NCBI GenBank assembly: GCA_963849235.1
Contig: CAWKGY010000011.1
Span: 30,606-94,605, forward strand
Direction: 5' to 3'
Length of the DNA: 64,000 nucleotides
Source of the DNA: an uncultured Actinomycetota bacterium
GTDB taxonomy: Bacteria; Actinomycetota; Actinomycetes; Mycobacteriales; Pseudonocardiaceae
The notes under the pieces are model-generated. The model did not search any database. It had not been told where the DNA came from and was given only the letters and a program-made list of their open reading frames with translations. Below are positions 61,898 to 64,000 of the stretch, piece by piece. The position numbers and the translations under genes were made by a program. Positions within the stretch are counted from its first letter, which is position 1. Each line of letters starts with the position of its first letter.

Positions 61898-61954
61898 CGG
61901 TGGAGGCGTTCGACGGGGAGCACGCCCGGCATTGTGGCGGGTCGGGGACGTGGA

Positions 61955-61998
61955 AGAGCCCGGAGCCGCCAGGTCGGGGGTCTGGCGGTCCGGGCTCT
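61955..61998 (-). terminator. Stem-loop downstream of the Ala/Pro-rich gene
   Basis: AGAGCCCGGA..CCGCCAG / CTGGCGG.TCCGGGCTCT. Confidence 0.6.
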
Positions 61999-62061
61999 GA
62001 CGACCATGTCGTTCGCGGGCCTCCCGGTGTTACCGCGGCGGAAGACCCGGAACCGGACGGC

Positions 62062-62934
62062 TCAGGCGCTGCGGTGGGCCCCGACGAGCTGGGTGGGCTC
62101 GTCGTCGTCGGTGTCGGGGTCCGGGCCGGCCGCGTGCGCCGCGGCCGCGCCGGCGCCCGCACCGCGACGGACCAGCAGCATCCGCACGCCGAAGGCCGCC
62201 ACGCCGGTGCCGGCGACGAGGGCGATGAGGACCGGGACGCCGAGGCCGCCGGAGGAGTCCTCCGGGCCGAGGGCCGAGCGGTCGCTCGCCGCGACCACGT
62301 GGGACGCCGGGTCGGCGGCCGGGGGCGCGGGTGCCGCCGGCGGCAGCGGGGCACCGAGCAGACCGGCCGCGGAGCCGGCGGGCAGCCCGGCGGGGAGCGG
62401 CGCCAGGGCGCCCTCGCTGCTCGGCGTGGCCGTCCGGACCTTGGGGGCCTTGGCGGCGGGAGCCGGGGCCGCCGCACGGGGGGCCGCGGCGAGGGCGGCC
62501 GGAGCTGCGGGAGCGACGGGGGCCGCGGGCACGATCGGCGTCGCCGCGGCACCGGGGGCGACCGCGGCGGGAGCGACGGCCCCGGGCGCTGCGGCCGGGG
62601 CCGCCGCCATCGGGACCATGGCCGGGGCGGCGACCATGGCGGGCGCCAGCATCCGCACCGTCACGTCCTGGCACATCGGGCGGGACATCGACGAGGGGAT
62701 CTTCGTCGTGGTGCCCGGCGAGCCGCCCACGACGTAGTCCTCCGGCACGCCGACGCGCGGCGTGATCCGCACGGTGTCCCCCGGCAGGGCGGACACCGTC
62801 TGCCCGCAGGAGGCCGGGATGAGCCCGGTGGGGGCCGGCGCCGCGGACGCCAGGCCCGCTCCGAGCGCCAGCGACCCGGCCAGCATTCCCCCGGCCAGGG
62901 CCGTCGTGGTGACCAGACGTGCGACCAGCGCCAT
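62062..62934 (-). CDS. Secreted/membrane-anchored Ala/Pro-rich protein
   Basis: Signal peptide (..LASA), small two-Cys domain (CGQTVSALPGD..C), low-complexity linker, C-terminal TM followed by RR. Confidence 0.72.
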   Translation of the reverse strand: MALVARLVTTTALAGGMLAGSLALGAGLASAAPAPTGLIPASCGQTVSALPGDTVRITPRVGVPEDYVVGGSPGTTTKIPSSMSRPMCQDVTVRMLAPAMVAAPAMVPMAAAPAAAPGAVAPAAVAPGAAATPIVPAAPVAPAAPAALAAAPRAAAPAPAAKAPKVRTATPSSEGALAPLPAGLPAGSAAGLLGAPLPPAAPAPPAADPASHVVAASDRSALGPEDSSGGLGVPVLIALVAGTGVAAFGVRMLLVRRGAGAGAAAAHAAGPDPDTDDDEPTQLVGAHRSA

Positions 62935-63111
62935 CGCGGGACCTTCCGTGCGTGACACGCCCGACCTCACCCCGACGGGTCGATCGAGCTCCGACGCCCC
63001 TCCAACGACGCAGCGCGCCGTTGGTCATGGTCCGATCCGTCCGCGTCCGCAACAAATCCGCCGGGTGAGGCCCACATCGGCCGGGTGGACCACCCCGATG
63101 GGATGACCGGC

Positions 63112-63744
63112 TCAGCCGGCGCCGTCCCCCGCGAGGTGGGTGATCATGCGGACGACCGCGTCGGCGTACCGCTCGGCGAAGCCCGGCGCCTCGGGATCGA
63201 GCCCGACGGCCCGCGCCAGGTGCGGGAAGCTCACCGGGGCCGCGCACATCCCGAACATCGCGACGGCGACCGTGGCCGGGTCGAGGTCGGGGGCGAGTTC
63301 TCCGGCCTGCTGGCGATCCCGCACCTCGAGAAGCACCCGCTCGAACCGTTCGTGCTGCGCCTCCTGGGAGGTCGCCGGCCCGACCGGTCCGTCGAGCCCC
63401 TCGCGGATGAGCAGGCGAGCCAGGTCGGGGTCCCGGGCCACCTGACGGGCGTACTCCCCCGCCAGCTCGGGCAGCGGCGTGCCGGCCGGGGCGAAGTCCT
63501 GCTCGGCGTCCCGCCACTGCTCGCCGATCGCCTCGTAGAGCCCCTGCTTGCCCCCGAAGTAGTACGAGATCAGCTGTTTGTTCACGCCGGCCCGGGCGGC
63601 GATGGCCTCGACGCGGGCCCCGCGCAGGCCGTGGGCGGCGAACTCGGTCACGCCGGCCGCGAGGAGCAGGCGCCGGCTGCGCTCGGCGTCGCGCTGCCGG
63701 TCCTCGCCCACCGGGGAGCGCCGGCCCGTCGGCTTCTCGGTCAC
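63112..63744 (-). CDS. TetR family regulator (leaderless)
   Basis: GARVEAIAARAGVNKQLISYYFGGKQGLY. TAGGAT-N6-GTG. Confidence 0.92.
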   Translation of the reverse strand: MTEKPTGRRSPVGEDRQRDAERSRRLLLAAGVTEFAAHGLRGARVEAIAARAGVNKQLISYYFGGKQGLYEAIGEQWRDAEQDFAPAGTPLPELAGEYARQVARDPDLARLLIREGLDGPVGPATSQEAQHERFERVLLEVRDRQQAGELAPDLDPATVAVAMFGMCAAPVSFPHLARAVGLDPEAPGFAERYADAVVRMITHLAGDGAG

Positions 63745-63759
63745 CTCGCCATCCTAGCC

Positions 63760-63800
63760 AATCATCCATCCGGATGATTAACTTGTCCTCAAGGATGACT
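63760..63800. promoter_or_regulatory. TetR operator pair in the divergent promoter
   Basis: Perfect AATCATCC-N4-GGATGATT (63760-63779) and a degenerate copy ACTTGTCC-N4-GGATGACT (63781-63800). Confidence 0.75.
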
Positions 63801-63817
63801 GAACGAGGAGGACGGCC

Positions 63818-64000
63818 ATGGGAGCACCACTACGGGTCGCGATCGTCGGCGGCGGCGTCGGGGGCCTCGCGCTCGCCCAGGGACTGCTCGCGGCGGGGAT
63901 CGACGTGCGGCTCTACGAGCGGGACCCCGACCCCCGGCACCGCCACCAGGGCTACCGGATCCACATCAGCGACGTCGGCGGCCGCGCGCTGGCCGAACTG
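63818..64000 (+). CDS. FAD-dependent monooxygenase, 5' partial
   Basis: MGAPLRVAIVGGGVGGLALAQGL...YERD...QGYRIHI. GAGGAGG RBS. It runs off the window end. Confidence 0.88.
   Translation, partial: MGAPLRVAIVGGGVGGLALAQGLLAAGIDVRLYERDPDPRHRHQGYRIHISDVGGRALAEL

Noticed and set aside
62330-62650. Repetitive GCC/CCG-rich DNA
   Set aside because: Explained by the Ala/Pro low-complexity protein linker; not an independent repeat element.

Overview
A very GC-rich actinomycete chromosomal segment (Pseudonocardiaceae-like gene content, by inference). It holds about 60 genes, mostly lipid, xenobiotic and secondary metabolism plus one-component regulators. I saw no rRNA, tRNA, CRISPR array, phage or intact IS. 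Main blocks: (1) a P450/enoyl-CoA hydratase/SDR/acyl-CoA dehydrogenase/TetR lipid-catabolic cluster; (2) two GAF-degenerate AAA-Fis activators, each divergent from a Baeyer-Villiger monooxygenase plus hydrolase, one of them a ChnB/ChnC-type cyclohexanone module; (3) a six-gene, translationally coupled type III PKS operon with UbiA, geranylgeranyl reductase, ICMT-type methyltransferase and FAD hydroxylase; (4) a Mn(II) yybP-ykoY riboswitch with a GDT1/TMEM165 exporter; (5) an unannotated Cys-terminal leader peptide ahead of an SfnB/DszC-like gene; (6) a decayed ctaD next to an intact orphan qcrB; (7) the best candidate for a new system, an operon of a 652-aa FabH-like condensing enzyme with an unknown N-terminal domain, a 1874-aa single-chain eukaryote-like acyl-CoA carboxylase and an acyl-ACP desaturase, with no ACP; (8) SNF2 helicase, RNase HI with a Zn-finger-like N-terminus, cbtBA and a pabB-pabC fusion. 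All family calls come from motif recognition by eye, not database searches.
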